A DNA stretch of 64,000 nucleotides, taken from positions 248,001-312,000 of the forward strand of contig CDRPQX010000016.1 of assembly GCA_977030845.1 (NCBI GenBank), read 5' to 3'. This document shows, in pieces, positions 1 through 12,200 of this stretch; position 1 is the stretch's first letter; each line of letters begins with the position of its first letter. The notes beneath the pieces were generated by a model. It saw nothing but the letters and a program-made list of their open reading frames with translations. It did no database searches and had not been told where the DNA came from. Position numbers and translations under genes: made by a program. The stretch is from Fimbriosthenelais zetlandica (Eukaryota).

Positions 1-343
1 TCTAGGAGGATTCACATTAAAGTAGATGAGTGACAGGCAGGGATTCCTGCACTGTCAGTCATTCTGATAGTGACATACACAGTGACAATACTTCAATAGT
101 CAATACACACATCCTAAATGTCATATCAATTATCATAGATCTGTTCATGATCTATACACTATTAGTATAGACTATACCATGGCATGCTATTTAATATTGG
201 ACATTTTTGTTATGGCTTTGCTTGGTATTGAAATGACAGTGGCACTCAGTGCCACTATCTAAAATATATGTTATGAATTGACAACAGACAGTTCCAAAAT
301 AAATAAAATTAATTATTTTTATGAATGATTTTGTAGGAGGATC

Positions 344-813
344 ATGGCGCAGCCTAAGGACGACCGTTTAGATAGAGTGCGTGTATTTAACCACCACGCT
401 CTGCCTATAATCGACACCCCGTTCACCCGCCTGTCTGAACACTGGTTCACCAGGCAGCACGGACCGTGTCGTGACTGGGAGATGGACTACATGAGATGCT
501 CCAGTCGTGTAGGTCACAAACACGAGGAGACACTCTGTCAAAAATACTTCGAGGATTGGCGAGAGTGTGTGTACAAGACTAAAACTGTGAGTGTCTGACA
601 TATAGGCTCATCCCGACATGAAATTTAATGTATACGGTATTTATAATGTATGTGATATTTATCAGTGATATATTATGATATATATAATTGATGTGATATA
701 TATTTATTATTCAGGCTCTTCGTTATGAAGCCATGCACAATGAGCGGGTGAGACAAGGCGCGGCCTTCAAGAAACCCCCGCCACCTGATAGTGTCGACGT
801 GCCGGTATATTAG
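344..813 (+). CDS. NDUFS5: NADH:ubiquinone oxidoreductase subunit S5 (complex I 15 kDa subunit), 2 coding exons (344-586, 715-813), about 113 aa
   Basis: Twin CX9C motif (C-RDWEMDYMR-C ... C-QKYFEDWRE-C); phase-0 gtgagt donor at 587 and ttcag acceptor ending 714; exon 2 ALRYEAMHNERVRQGAAFKKPPPPDSVDVPVY* has the PPP tail typical of the family; AATAAA at 995-1000. Confidence 0.85.
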
Positions 814-830
814 ACGACGTGCGACATGAT

Positions 831-925
831 ATATCATCCATGTATGATACAGATATCATATCATCCATGTATGATACAGATATCATATCATCCATGTATG
901 ATACATATATCATATCATCCGTGTA
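831..925. repeat. 27-bp tandem repeat (about 3.5 copies) in the NDUFS5 3' UTR
   Basis: Unit atatcatccatgtatgatacagatatc recurs at 831, 858 and 885. Confidence 0.75.
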
Positions 926-1377
926 TCATCTGTGTATATCGATGATATGATCAGCGTCTGTAGTGATTATGTCACAGTATGAAGCGAGACGAGTAATAAA
1001 TGTATATAATATAATCTGTGATGTTTTGTCGTCATTTTGTTTCTATTGTTGTAAGTCATCTCAGTGTAGTGCGACACGTTCAGCGACAGGTTACACACAA
1101 CCCACAACCACAATTCCTCAACACACATAGCTGCCAGAATATAATATCGGTGACCAAGATTAAAAAATCTGTTTCATAGAGTAGAAGCAAAAATATTGTA
1201 GAAGCCAAATCTAAAATATCTCATTTCATGAAGTGGCTCATTACAATTGTAATAAATAATACATTGATTTGGATTGATTCTAGCCTAGGTCTGAATGGGG
1301 AGGGGTACTACGACAGGGCTAGGCCAACAGTCGCCAACTATGTTGGAAGAAAATGACAGAAATACTGCTATAAACTG

Positions 1378-1788
1378 GGGGCTGGGGTGGAGTGAGGTAG
1401 GCTCAGTGCTGGTGTGGAGTGAGGTAGGCTCAGTGCTGGTGTGGAGTGAGGTAGGCTCAGTGCTGGGGTGGAGTGAGGTAGACTCAGTGCTGGTGTGGAG
1501 TGAGGTAGGCTCAGTGCTGGGGTGGAGTGAGGTAGACTCAGTGCTGGGGTGGAGTGAGGTAGGCTCAGTGCTGGTGTGGAGTGAGGTAGGCTCAGTGCTG
1601 GTGTGGAGTGAGGTAGGCTCAGTGCTGGTGTGGAGTGAGGTAGGCTCAGTGCTGGGGTGGAGTGAGGTAGGCTCAGTGCTGGTGTGGAGTGAGGTAGGCT
1701 CAGTGCTGGGGTGGAGTGAGGTAGACTCAGTGCTGGTGTGGAGTGAGGTAGGCTCAGTGCTGGGGTGGAGTGAGGTAGACTCAGTGCT
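1378..1788. repeat. 24-bp G-rich minisatellite (about 17 copies)
   Basis: Unit gg(g/t)gtggagtgaggtag(g/a)ctcagtgct; accounts for the repetitive WSEVGSVL and ALSLPHST ORFs. Confidence 0.95.
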
Positions 1789-4700
1789 GCCGTGTAGTGG
1801 TAGCGGGGTGAATTAAGCCGCACGCTCAGCGCGGCGCCTCGCGCGCCCTCTCATGTTAATACATGGAATCACTATGCCACCCGCCCAAACATGCCCCGCC
1901 CCCAACACTCCTACATCTTAAGCGGATTTAAAGCCACAATAAATCAACAATTATACCCGTCAAAATAATAATAAATCAACCTAAATGTACTGTCAATATA
2001 TTACCATTTAACAAGATTATTGATGTTAACAAAGTTACTCAGAATAGAGACAGTCTGAAAGCTGGACCTGGAGTCTAAAATAAAGCTGATATACATGTGA
2101 CCTAGTTCATGTACTAACTGGGTCAGAGATGTCCCCTATGTCCTACATGACCTAGTTAATGTGTAGTAAGTAGGTGAGGTTAGAGTGTTGGTAAAGTTGA
2201 GGGTTAGTAGAGAGCTTCACTCCGTCCTCCTCCTACTCTACCTTCACGTCTCACACTCTCTCACACTCACTGGAGGAGTAGACCTGTACACAGCACAGCC
2301 TGTACCTACACCATCCCAACACAGGTGTGTATATTATACATCTACCTCTCAGGTATGTTAATTAACTTCTGTTCTCTCTCTGTGTGATTTTGGATCAACA
2401 GGTGAGGTAATGTACAGTGAGTATAATGTGGGTCAGCCGCCCTGGAGGCAGCAGAGAGAGGAGGTTTACATGTATCAATGGGTCAGTGTGGAGGAGGTGT
2501 GTGCCCCCGGGGGGTGGGGGAGGGCGGGGGCTTTATTCTATCAATGTTATCCATGGTGATCTTACACTAAGATAATCACAGACTATCAGGGATGACAACC
2601 TTCCTGGAGTTCCCAACGTTTGTCTCAGTAAAGTGTTCCACTAATATTCTCTATAGCCTCATTATATTATAACCCCAAGAAATATTCATGGAGAAATAGT
2701 TGTTGGGTGTTATTTTGAGTTTGAGACTGTCAGACTGTTTTCTGTGGGGTTTTTTCTGTGAGTAGGTAATGTAGACATGTAGAGGAGGGGAGTTTGTGAG
2801 GGGGGAGGATTGGGAAGTCTATTAGAGAGTCAGGTCAGGGCTCTCTCTCTCTCTCTCAGCCCTCCATTTATTCGTTTTGTTTATTATAAAAATGTCACCT
2901 ATTTATAGGAGTACACTGAACATGTATAGTAAAGGTAGAGCTGATATCAGACTGAGGTGAGGAGGGGACTCATAGAAACTTGGTCGTTCCTGTGGCTTTT
3001 TGTTATTTTGGTCATTACTGTGACCTTATCTTTACTGTATTTTGGTCGTTTCTGTGGTTATTTGCTACTCTGTGTGGTCATGTTTTAGTTGGAAGCTTAG
3101 TACATTATGTGGCTCAGGTATGGGAGTGGGTGTGTGATGGGTAGAGGGGGGGGGGGGGGGGTGGGAGGGTGGTGGAATGGTAACCTTGGAATGGTTCTGT
3201 TCCGTTTAGCTAATGATTCTACACCTATCAGTCTCCATCTGTAAATTGTAGGAACGTCAAACTATGTCAAACTATGTCAATACCTGATATAATCATATGT
3301 ACATGTATAGGCCTACAGATTACCGGAGAAAGCAGCATCAAATGTATACTAAATATTAGCTTTTCCCTGATGATTATTTCTACAGACTCAGAATAAGTAA
3401 TTTATATTTTCATAAAGACCTAATCCTGATTATAATATTAACATAATATCAGTAAGTCTTCTATGTTAAAAGCTAGCGTTACAAAGAAAGCTTAGCTTCT
3501 GTACAAAGGTAGCAATAAACAGGAACTTAGTGTAAGCTTTAAATAACATGACCAAGCCCTGACATGCCTGGACGTGAGGGGGGCGGGGGTGGGGGGCGGG
3601 GGGAGGTGGGGGTAGGGGGTTAAAACTCTTCTTTCTATTTAATTTAGCCCCAGTTACAGTCCTGGGTTGAGGTGGGGAGATGTAGGAACTAAGATGTTTA
3701 AACATTCCTCTCCCAACAACAAAGAGAAAACTGTTTTATTTTGTTGGGGATTTGTCTGACAGGGAGAGAGGAGAGAGAAGGGTTTATGTGACGGGGAGCT
3801 CACACCTGGAGGAGGTCACCCCCCCCCCCCCGCCTCTCCCCCCCCCCCACCCCCCCACCCCCCCACCCACCCTCTATTATATTAGTTAAGCTACAGTATG
3901 GGAGGAGTGTGATGTTCTACAATATAACATTCACCCACACTGACACACTTCATGTGGTTAAAATACACTCAACAAGTGAATATTAATCGTCATATTTATA
4001 CCATAGTCACACTGCCCGTACAGTATAAACCATAGTGGAGATCTCACAATATTAACTCTTACCATGTTAACCCTTTCATGCTCAGCTACGCCCGTATTTA
4101 CAGCATTAAATGTGGGACATTAAGGGTTAAATAGGTCCATATATAACCTGGCGTGACTGGGTCACGGTAATTGTCACAACACTTTTATACATTGAGGTTA
4201 AAAACGGTGAAAAACGGGGCAGATTGAGGGTCGAGACAGGCCGGGGCTGTCAGCGGGGGCCCCGGTATAACAGAGCTATCACTCACTGTTAAACAGGGTT
4301 AATTATACTGGATATAATCCACCAGATTAGTACATTAAAGGAGCAACCTCTATAATATTGAGGCGTTAAAGGGGCAACCTCAGCAGGTTATTATAGGTTC
4401 ACCTTTATGTTTATATGTACCACGTGACCGCATGTTACCCACATTACTGAACCCCCTAACGGTACCTGCCCTCCAGGTGAGGGGGGGGGGGGGGTACATA
4501 CCTGTATAATGTTATCATGGGGCCAATATATACACATCAAATATTACTACATCATTATCACAGGTGGGCTCTCATGATTCAACACACACACACACACACA
4601 CTCTCTGTCCTCACTCTCTCTCATTCTCTACCTCTCTTATCTTACTTTGATATTGAAACTTGCATTTTTTATGTAGAAAGACTTTAGATCGTGAGATATT

Positions 4701-6223
4701 ATTTAAGTTTTGAAGTTGAGCGTTTTTGCAGTGACTCATGTGTGTTATCTATATAGATGTGTTGATGTAGGCCTCAGTGGCTATATCTATACTGCTATGT
4801 CTAGTCTGGTACTGTCTCTACTCTACCAGGATTCGTTGTTTATCTCATCTTGTTTATTCTACCAGTCCATCCCTGTCATGGTCAGGTGTGTGGGTGTCAT
4901 GTTGTCATGGTAATGTGGGCGGGGCATGTAATAACTAGGTCATAGTGAGCATAACTAGGTCATAGTGAGCATAACTAGGTCATAGTGAGCATAACTAGGT
5001 CATACTGATGATGTAATGTTGATATGTAGGTGTGTAATAATATGTGATATAGTTAGTAATGATATAAGATGTTAGTAGGTAACGTCTAGTAACGGCATGC
5101 TGGGGGATGGTAATAAGATGGAGGTTACTGGGCATTACTTACATACTGTCTACACCAGGAGGCGCCTCGTCATATATTAATGTCACCATAGATACTACAC
5201 CCTGATTAACTCAATCATACAGCCTGACCCACGGGAGGATAGAAGGGAGGATAGGAGGGCAGACAGAGATGGGGAGACAGGGGACAGGGGGGATATGGTA
5301 TGTAGTCCGTGATTTGTTCACCCTGTCCAGGACTACCCTCCACTCCATCCAGGATCCTGGTAGAAAACAAGAGGAGGTAAAAAGGTGATGAAGAGAGATT
5401 GAGAACATCTGGTAGTAGGCCTAATGGTGGTTACCATGGGGGGTGGGGGGTTACCATGGGGGTTACCAGGCAGGTTACCAGGGGGTTACCATGGAGAGGT
5501 GGTTACTGGCATTGTTCCAAGTCAATCCTGCCTCACAAACAGCTGACTATATTACTATATCACCTCACATTGTAAGCTCACTTATATTATAACATGCTTT
5601 CATTGTGGGCCTTCATAACGTGAGGTAAAGTATGGAAGGTTCTCACTGTAAGCTAGTATAGGCTGCCTCACCTTCCTCATCATTCACCTCATAACCTAGT
5701 CTCCTGTTTACTAAGTGTAGCCTGTGGTCCTGCTGTGTTTTAACCAGGTACAGTAGATGACCAGGTCAGTCCTGGTAGTTTTCTTGGCTCTCTCCTGGTC
5801 ACCACCGCCAGGGTTTGACCTTGATGAATGACCTCTGACCTTCATGTAGAGGATGATGGGAAGGCAAGATGGCGGAGCTTGGTGAGCTGCCAAACTAGAG
5901 TAGGCCTATGTTTACGAGGGGCATGAGAGGAGGTTGCAACTTTAGTCTCTTGCTCTTCCTCTCTCTTTATCCCTCCATCTCTCTCTTGTATTTTGTCTTC
6001 TTCTTCTTTGAAGTGATCCTGGTAAATCTAGTAGTTTGTAAATATCCATCTATATGTCCAGCTCCTTCTCTCCTTCTCTCCCCTGTCTCCTATTTATCAC
6101 AGATCTTTATTTCTCTCTAATAAATTTCTTTTAGTGCCAACTTGCATGCTCTTTCCTCTCACAGTCTCTAAGACTAGGCTACGTTTCTCTGTTTCAGGTG
6201 TAATAAGCCAATAAGCCGGCGCC

Positions 6224-9200
6224 ATGTTTGGGTTCCGTCGCTATAACCGGGGCTTCCCGTCCTTTGATGATTTTGATGATTTCTTCGGTCATCGTCCTAC
6301 GATCCGTGACACGGGACGAGGGTCCAGTAAACGTAGCACCATGAGGTACGAGGCTAATCATGCTCCTTATCCTGCTTCACAATGAGTTATACAACCATTA
6401 TCCTGCTTCACAATGAGTTATACAATCATTATCCTGCTTCACAATGAGTTATACAATCATTATCCTGCTTCACAATGAGTTATACTATCATTATCCTGCT
6501 TCACAATGAGTTATACAATCATTATCCTGCTTCACAATGAGTTATACAATCATCCAGTCAGCTCCTTATCCTGCTTCACAATGAGTTATACAATCATTAT
6601 CCTGCTTCACAATGAGTTATACAACCATTATCCTGCTTCACAATGAGTTATACAATCATTATCCTGCTTCACAATGAGTTATACAATCATCCAGTCAGCT
6701 CCTTATCCTGCTTCACAATGAGTTATACAATCATTATCCTGCTTCACAATGAGTTATACAATCATTCAGTCTGCTCCTTATCCTGCTTCACAATGAGTTA
6801 TACAATCATTCAGTCTGTTCACATTAACTGTATAGCATCGATGTACAATGATATAACTACAATATCTAACCCACTCTCTCCCTCTCTCTGTGTGTAGGAA
6901 GCGGAGGCCTGCCGGGTACGAGGAGCCTCAGACGTACGAGGAGATTAAAGCCCTACACGTGGAGGAAGGCTCGTTGTACGAGGATCCGGACTTCGGGGCT
7001 GAGGACAGCTCTCTGTTCTTTAAAACCCCGCCGTCCTGCTGGCCTGACATAGAGTGGCTGCGACCTCATGTAAGATTTACTCCATGTCTCTATCTCTCCT
7101 GTAACACTGTACACTTTATACAACTTCTTTTCCCTTCTATATCTGTCTCTCTCTGAGAATGGATTCACGATGGCTTGTCTGTAGATTATATCCCATCAGG
7201 CTGTACATTCTGTAACCTGTCTCTTCTTGTCATCAGGAGATCTGTGGGGAGCCTGTCCTGTTCGCCGAGGGCGCCAGTAGGATGGACGTCAACCAGGGAG
7301 TTCTGGGTGAGTGCTGAACTCTCAGTCTTCATGATTTTCATCTCACCAGTTTTCTATTTGATATATCACAATATCTTCCTACTTTATCTTGTGCCATCTG
7401 CTGTTATTGAGACTCTCATACATTAGCAGCTATCATTTCGTCACGGTGACCTTGTGTTTGACCTTGTAGGTGACTGCTGGTTGCTAGCTGCTGTAGCTTC
7501 CCTAGCAACCAATGAGAAGTTACTTCACCGTGTCGTTCCCCCGGACCAGTCGTTCAGTGAAGATTACGCAGGTAGGAAATAGATGTATTAATGGTTTAAA
7601 ATATGATGCCTGGATGTCAGAGTAAAGTGAAGTGAGACGTGATGAATGTGGCGTGAAGTAGGCTCATATCACACTCTCAGAGGTGATCATAGATAACAGA
7701 CACTATGATAAGAATGTTTATAGTGAGAGAGTCACTATCTCATCTCTCACCTCTCTTCACCAGACAGGATCACAGAGTTCATCTAAGAAAGAGAAATGTT
7801 TTGTCTTTTAAACACATGAAAATGATGTCTGTTTGTAGGTATATTCCGGTTCCAGTTCTGGCAGTATGGACGGTGGGTGGAGGTATTTATTGATGACAGA
7901 CTTCCGGTGAGTGGAGGGAAGCTGTGCTACATGCATTCTACAGACAGGGATGAGTTCTGGTCAGCGCTGGTGGAGAAAGCCTACGCCAAGTAAGTGACAT
8001 GTACACGGCATCGTAATACTATTATAATCTCCCAACTGGTAATATCTCACTATTGTGGCCTGGTGCTGGGTCTTATTCCATCCATGATTAATGTCATACT
8101 TTCAGGTTGAATGGATCATATGAAGCATTAAGTGGAGGTCTGACGTCTGAAGCTCTAGAGGACTTCACGGGAGGAGTGGTGGAGAGGTTTAACATGGCCG
8201 AGGATCCACCAGAGGATCTGTGCAGCATGATGCTCAAAGCTCAAAAACGAGCACTCATGGGGTGCTCTATAGACGTGAGTAAAAGTGGACAGCTTTGATA
8301 TTATAAAGTTATCATTATGTTGACTGATTCTCCTCCTGTTTATTGACTGATTCTCCTCCTGTTTATTGACTGATTCTCCTCCTGTTTATTGACTGATTCT
8401 CCTCCTGTTTATTGACTGATTCTCCTCCTGTTTATTGACTGATTCTCCTCCTGTCTGTTGACTGATTCTCCTCCTGTTTATTGACTGATTCTCCTCCTGT
8501 TTATTGACTGATCCTTCTGTTTGAATGTTTCCAGGCGTCACCAGATCAGATGGAGGCTCGTCTTGACAACGGTCTCATTATAGGTCACGCCTACAGCGTC
8601 ACTGACGTCAAAATGGTGAGTGACGTCACAGCTTGACGTAATGTCTTTATCTGTGTCTTTGATCTTCCTGTAGGCCTATGAGTTACATGTTGATATCTAG
8701 ACGTCAGAGAACCTCTAGATAATAATCCTTCTTCATAACCTCCTAATAACCTCTCATGACCTGGTAATGACCTCTGTGTTGACCTTGTAATGACCTCTGT
8801 GTTGACCTTGTAATGACCTCTGTGTTGACCTTGTAATGACCTCTGTGTTGACCTCTAACAGGTTGATATAGAGACACCGCGGGTGTCGGGTCGTATACCG
8901 ATGGTCCGTGTGAGGAATCCATGGGGCGACGAGCACGAGTGGAAGGGAGCCTTCAGCGACGAGTGAGTAAAGATTATAGGCATATAATATAGACAGTAAT
9001 GTCATCAATGTCTCTCATGTCAGCCATGTCTCTTTAAGTCTCTTGTCAGCCATGTTAACTCTCCCTTTCTCTCCTCTAGTTCTGAAGAGTGGCAGTTCAT
9101 CCCTGAGGACGCTCGTGAGGAGATGGGGCTGACGTTTGATCATGACGGTGAGTTCTGGATGGCCTTCCAGGACTTCTCTAAAGAGTTCCAGCGGTTAGAG

Positions 9201-12200
9201 ATCTGTTACCTGGGTCCTGACTCCATCCTGGAGGGGGACGAGGTGGACGAGGAAGCGCTGTCTGAGATCAGGAAGTGGGAGGGCACGCTTCACGAGGGCT
9301 CGTGGAAGTGTCGTATCAACGCGGGCGGCTGTAAAAACTACTCCTGTAAGTGATAAACTCTAACTCCATCTCACATCCTCAAACATCCTTCTCTCTCATC
9401 CTGCGTTAGAATGTTTATGATTCTCTCTCATCCAGCGTTCTGATGTTTATGATTCTCTGTCATCCAGCGTTCTGATGTTTGTCTGTCTTTCTCTCTCTCA
9501 TCCAGCATTCTGGACGAACCCTCAGTATAAGATAGAGATTGAGGAGGGAGATGATGATGACGATGACGGGCTGTGTTCTATCGTCGTCGGTCTCATGCAG
9601 AAAGAACGAAGAAAGATGAGAAAAGAAGGCAAAGACAATCTGGCTATAGGCTACACCATATTTGAGGTGAGTAACCGAACACAACCTGGCTGTATAAAAG
9701 ACTAGAAACTCTCCTCATGTGAGGACTATCTCTCTCTGTCTCTCTATGTCTCTCTCTAATCATCTCATGTCTCTATTTCTCGCCTGCAGCACGAGGAGGG
9801 AGCCCGTCTTACCCCTCGTTACTTTAACTCTCGTCAGCCCATAGCTCGGTCTAAGAACTACATCAACCTGAGGGAGGTGTCAGAGCACCACAAGCTGCCC
9901 CCCGGTCACTACATCATCATGCCCACCACATTCGAACCCAACCAGGAGGCGGAGTTTATACTGAGAGTCATGACAGAGAAACCTAACCCTACAACGTGAG
10001 TAAAGCTAAAACTAAACCCAACCCCACAACGTGAGTAAAACTAAACTCTAAACCCTAAACATAAATCCAACCCTACAACGTGAGTAAACCTAAAACTAAA
10101 CCCTAAACATAAATCCAACCCTACAACGTGAGTAAACCTAAAACTAAACCCTAAACATAAACCCAACCCTACAACGTGAGTAAACCTAAAACTAAACCCT
10201 AAACATAAACCCAACCCTACAACGTGAGTTATTATAAAACTAAAACCCTAAATCGTACCTGACATGAGTTACATTATTATATAATAATGTGTAATATTGT
10301 TACAGGGAGATTGACGAGGAGACGACCATGGGAGAAGAGGTGGTGAGTAGACCACTTGTTATACAGTCTATAATGATGGGTGGTGAGTAGACTACTTGTT
10401 ATACAGTCTATAATGATGGGTGGTGAGTAGACTACTTGTTATACAGTCTATAATGATGGGCGCTTATAGAGCTACACAGGCTCCACCCAGCGGACAGAGG
10501 GATGGATACTGTATCTATACATTCAGTCTATAATGATGGGCCTTATAGAGCAGGCTCCACCCAGCAGACAGAGGGATGGATACTGTATCTATACATTCAG
10601 TCTATAATGATGGGCCTTATAGAGCAGGCTCCACCCAGCAGACAGAGGGATGGATACTGTATCTATACATTCAGTCTATAATGATGGGCGCTTATATAGA
10701 GCTACACAGGCTCCACCCAGCGGTCAGAGGGATGGATACTGTATACATTAACTGACCATCTCTCACCTACATGTCCTCAGTGTTCCCCATCTCAGAACTT
10801 CTCATTATGATCTATTTTCAGAACCGTGAGAACCAGGTAAACTATGCTGACATTTAAGGCTAAACGTAATGACATTATTCCCTCCTACATTACATGACAT
10901 TGACAGTCATACGTTGACAGTCACATGTAACAGTACCATGAACATTATAACAGTTTTGACGGTACTTTAGGCCACTGTTGTACTGTGACAATATCATGTA
11001 AAGTTGACATGAATCCTGCCCCGAGCCCTCTTCTACCTCTTACATATATATACAATGTCCTCCTCCTCAGTTCCCTGCCCATCTCCACCTCCCCACCACC
11101 CCATGTCCCATGTTAAGTTTAATCATATATAAGTATAAAGATATAAGATCATGTTTATATCAAGCTGTACAGAAGGCCGTGTTTTAGTAAGCGCCGTTTT
11201 GCTCGCTTTCTTTACATAAAACCCCTGACAACTTACTGAACAATATCTCAGGTTGTAAAGGGTACTTGATACTTCCACGTTAATGACAACTACTGACCTT
11301 GACAATTACTCACAGTGACCTTGACATTAACTAGGATGACCTTGACATTAACTAGGATGACCTTTATTGACCTTGGTACTGTGATGTGGACTTTGTTAAT
11401 GGTGACTTATTGACAATGATTGAAGGAATTAAAACTTAACCTCCAACCCGCGACATGAGACAAGCGGCGACCTCAGTAACCTAATACACTAATGTGACCT
11501 TGATTTGACCTTCAGGATGAGGACGAGATGCCTGAGGACACGGATGAGGACGGGGAGAAGATGGAGGCCGCTAAGGAAGCGTTCCGTGAGGCGGTGGGTG
11601 GAGACGGGGAGGTGGACGCGTACGAGCTCAAAGAGATACTCAACGGCGCCATCACCGGAGGTGAGGGGAACTAACCTTATAGTCAGTATAGACAATAGGT
11701 GTGGGGGGTGGGGGGGTCTAGGCAGGGTACGAACTGAAAGAGTCATCATATCAAGGTCAACCCACGGAGGCACAGTTACAACCCTTCATACCATTACCAC
11801 CTATAGCATTGCTGCATGTTGTGTCTTGGTCACCTTTAGATTTCTATCTATCTATTGTTTGTTTTACAGATTTTGTGTTTGATGGGTTCAGTACAGACGT
11901 GTGTCGCAGCATGGTGGCCATGAAGGACGTATCCTTAACTCAGTATACCAAACATAACGTGGGCTGTCTAACTTACAGTAGATCAATATACTCAACATAA
12001 CGTGGGCTGTCTACCACACAGTACATGAGTAACTCACATAGTCAATGTTTCACTACCACAGTGGTCAGTACACGAGTGGCCAATGTTTGAATATTCATCC
12101 ACTTATAATGACCAGTTTCACATGTAGTGTGTCTACTTTACAGGGCTTTCAGTAACCATCATGGGGCAGGGGAGGGTTGTAAATCTAACATTATTAAAGG

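Noticed and set aside
368-601. Antisense ORF overlapping NDUFS5, and similar antisense ORFs over the GPCRs and CABCOCO1
   Set aside because: These are shadows of real coding sequence on the opposite strand.
1295-1823. 173-aa and 151-aa ORFs on opposite strands
   Set aside because: Both are translations of a 24-bp minisatellite that lacks stops; there is no non-repetitive coding content.
1840-5900. A separate protein-coding gene between NDUFS5 and the calpain
   Set aside because: Only scattered splice-like signals and GC boxes; no chain of exons gives a coherent frame. More likely the calpain promoter and 5' UTR exons.
11071-11111. Possible extra calpain exon after ctcctcag
   Set aside because: It is 41 nt to the nearest GT, so not frame-preserving, and the donor is weak.
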